DNA of 64,000 nt, from the NCBI GenBank assembly GCA_013265495.1, contig MU057711.1, positions 1,240,001 to 1,304,000 of the forward strand. Reading direction: 5' to 3'. A program made the translations under genes and the position numbers. Shown here piece by piece: positions 60,931-64,000 of this stretch. The stretch is from Vicugna vicugna. Its lineage: Eukaryota. The notes under the pieces are model-generated. The model was not told the origin of the DNA and ran no database searches. It saw only the letters and a program-made list of their open reading frames with translations. The first letter of the stretch is position 1. The number at the start of each line of letters is the position of its first letter.

Positions 60931-63194
60931 CGGAGCCTCCCACTCCCACCTCCTCATTGTGAATTCAGCTCCAACTTGGTTGTATCTGCTTTGCTGGCAA
61001 CTTCATGGAGACTAAAGGGAGGCATCAGGAAAAGGGGAGGAAAAGCTGCTGGAGACTTTCCTGTGACTCGCTGCTAATAATGTTGATTAGACTGACAAGT
61101 CTCTCCTGTTTTATCACTGACAGCTTGTGTCCTCGTTTTGATTTATCACCACCACACCTACCTGAGTCAGGAGTAGAGATTAGCCCAAATTAAAGCCTGG
61201 TGACCCAGGAGAGCTGGGACGTGACAGCAGGTGGGGGGGGGGGAGCAGTGAACATCTGTGGGCAGGTGGAGAAAGACCCAGGCAGACCTCCTAGGTGCCC
61301 AGGATGGGGTCCCAAGGGTTGACTTTCCTTCTATCTACCTGGCAGGAGCGAGGGTTTTACTGTTTTCTTTCTGGCCAGGGGAGAAAGTCCATAAATAAAG
61401 CTGTGGCTGTTGTGTGTGGCTCTGTCAGTCTCAGGAGAGTAATAAATCTTAACCAAGACCCAGCTCTGCAGCCACCTGGGAAAGTGAGCAAAATTGCCTC
61501 CAATATACAGTTATGCATTCTGCCCTTATGTTCTTCCAGAAACACGGCAGCTGAGGCTGTAACCCAAGAGTTTCTAAGTGTGGTCTCACCAGAGATCAAA
61601 AGGGATCCTACAGTTAAGTAGTAGCACCATGAAGGAGAAGACACAGCCATGGGACAAGGAAAGGGGTCATAAGATCAAGTGTCCACCTGCTGCCTGACCT
61701 CTTGGGACTTTCTCAACACTATCAAGATTCTGTTTGATGGGTCTTGTTTTTTATCAAAATTTCCTACCCACCTTCTGGAACAGGCATTTGCTTTGGGTTT
61801 TCCAAACTTATGCCCCAGATCTGGAAGCTGATTTGCCTGCCTGAAAACCCAGATCAGACATGAGGAAGCCTAAATTGCAAAAACAGCCAGAAAGTTGAGT
61901 TTTCATCAGAGAAGACAAAACTTGCTGTATTGATTGGGGAAAGGGTAGGAGAGGAGAAGGGGAGCACAAAACAGCCAGAAGCTCTCATTTCTATGTGATT
62001 ATAATCAACTCAGAGGTTTAGCTTTTCTCTTTTATTACACTAGGGGAAAAAGACAGCACCAGCTTAACTGCACCCCCACAATCCAACACACCTGCAAGTA
62101 ATATAGCTCTAGATTTCCAAATCTTTTTTTTAAACTATTTTTCTTATTAAACTTGCTCTGGGTGAATCTCCATTGGCCTATTGATTTGAGTATTAGACTG
62201 TGTATCAAAGATATGAAAATACAAATTGTTGTTTCAGAGAGAAATTACTATCTTTATATTGTTTCTGTCTCTTGGGTTCTGAATATTCCCTGGGGATATC
62301 AGGCTGAATAGAATCGGAAGGAGGGTGTCTTCTTGGCAAGTGTGAAGTGAGTAGATTCTTTGGGTAGACTCTGAGCAACCCCTTGGTGTTTTTGGGGGTC
62401 CCAGTAGCAGGTTGAAGGTTTTTCTACTTACGTATTTTTAAACCATTGATTTACATGGGGGGTTACATCAAGCTGTTTTCTGGATATATTGTTTCAGCAT
62501 TTAAATTTTGGTGGTGGCTACTATGGGGGATCCTGTCCACTGGTTAACCACAGAGCTGAGAAGCCCCTTCAGCCATCTCTTCTACTGTCAGGGGGCTGTC
62601 CATGTAATTGCCTTTGGCCAGTGCGAGATCAACTCCCAGATGATGGAAGAGCGAGGGGCAGAGGGGAAAGGAGATCACAATAGAGGGAGGAAGGAGCCAA
62701 TAGCTGGTTGGTTTTCTGCTGGTTCTTAAAAGCAAGTAAAAGAGCTCTCAGGCAGAGCTGGAATTGTGTCTGTAAGAAAGTGCCAGTCCATGATGCTGTG
62801 TTATTCTTTCTCCTTTATTTTCCCTGATTTACACTAGACCACTGTGTGTAGTGTGGCTGTGCAGATCATGGCCTGAAACAAGGTGCCTGGCTGATGGACA
62901 CATGGACCAAAAATGTCGCTGATGCTTTGTTCCCCACCACACCATGTAGCCCTAGCTCAGAGCTGTGTCAGCCCTCACGAAGGAGTGCATTGTAAAATAA
63001 TTCCTTTTGTAATAGTTCTCCTAGCTGAGGTGCTTTAGATAATTTTTATAAAGACCCACTACATTCTGGGCAGCTGCTCTGAATTTACAATCCCACCTCT
63101 CATACCCAGACAGTTTGCTTTCATTCAGCCTTTGCAAAGTACCCAAACTGGGATGTTCCTTACTTCTTTCATGTCGATTTAATTCCTGCCAGTG

Positions 63195-64000
63195 TTTTGT
63201 TTTTTCTCCCCCATCTCAGATACTGTATTTTTCATCTCTGGAAACTCAGTTTGGGTCTTTTTAAATTATCTGTGTTTGTCCTGAATATGTTTTTGTTTGT
63301 TTCTACCTTCTTGAGCATATGGAATATATGCGTGTTAAATATTTTCATGTCCTTGTCTACCACCTATATTATCTATGTAACTTTTGGATCTGTTTCTGTT
63401 GATTTTTCTTTTCGTCATTGGTTGCATTTTCCTGACTCTTTGCACATCTGATAATTTTAACAGAATGTCAGACACTGGGAATTTTACCTTGTGTGCTGAA
63501 GTTTTAAAATGTCCTTAAATATTTTTGAGCTTTGTTCTGAGACTTATTTAAATTCCATGCAAACAGTTCGATCCTGTTGAGACTTGCTTTACGCTTTGTT
63601 GGGCTTGGACCACAGAAGTCTGTAGCATAGAGCTCATTTGACCTTACAAATGAGGCAGTGTCCTTCTGAGTACTACACCTGATGCCCTGTGTTTTATGAG
63701 ATTTCTCTATTCTGGCTTTTAGGAACGTAAACTATTTTCAGTGCTGTTGGAGCTCTAGAAGTTATTCTTCTTGTTCATTTCCACGGGTTCTTTCCCCAGC
63801 CTTGGACTGTCTCCCTACATGTACATGCCGTGCAGTACTCTGCTGACTTCTAGAGGGAAAATCCCCAGAGTGCCCTCTGTGTAGATCGCCCCTCTGGGAT
63901 ATGCTGTCCTGAGAACCCTAGCTCTTTTGTCTACAATTATATCTCTTCGACTCAGAGAGACCACCAGGCTCTGCTTTGGGTGCCCCTCTCCCTGTGCCGC
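63195..64000 (-). mobile_element. Ancient L1 5'/ORF1-region fragment, runs off window end
   Basis: 'atctcagatactgtatttttcatctctggaa...tttgggtctttttaaa...tttggatctgtttctgttga...ttttcctg' typical of antisense old L1 5' region. Confidence 0.6.

Noticed and set aside
60481..61077. Longest ORF in the track (198 aa)
   Set aside because: Overlaps an LTR-like relic, shows no recognisable domain, and has no splice or promoter support.
1..64000. Host gene or locus identity, and any novel multi-gene system
   Set aside because: No exon or diagnostic sequence was recognised; naming a locus or system would be unsupported without a genome search.

Overview
Mammalian non-coding DNA (intronic or intergenic), most likely from a camelid (Camelus/Vicugna/Lama). 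The taxon is inferred from two short tRNA-derived Vic-1-type SINEs and the L1 3' ends. I found no credible protein-coding exon, RNA gene, CRISPR array or prokaryote-type system. The only ORFs in the supplied track that resemble a known protein are decayed LINE-1 ORF2 fragments; the rest look like chance or microsatellite ORFs. The window is rich in retroelement and transposon relics (L1 of several ages, L2, MIR, CR1/L3, MaLR/ERVL solo LTRs, hAT-Charlie elements). Between them lie unique stretches with clusters of developmental transcription-factor motifs, which may be conserved enhancers. There is a 111-N assembly gap at 32588-32698. The most notable observations are: (1) an unexplained 65-bp ungapped duplicated module (8715-8779 vs 10852-10916, 56/65 identical, mismatches clustered between invariant blocks), one copy inside a candidate enhancer; (2) two 5'-inverted (twin-priming) L1 insertions, one with a large internal gap and one with a duplicated overlap; (3) several nested insertions with readable target-site duplications (TSDs). 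Repeat subfamily names come from visual recognition and boundaries are approximate; no database search was run. I cannot support a claim of a new biological system here.
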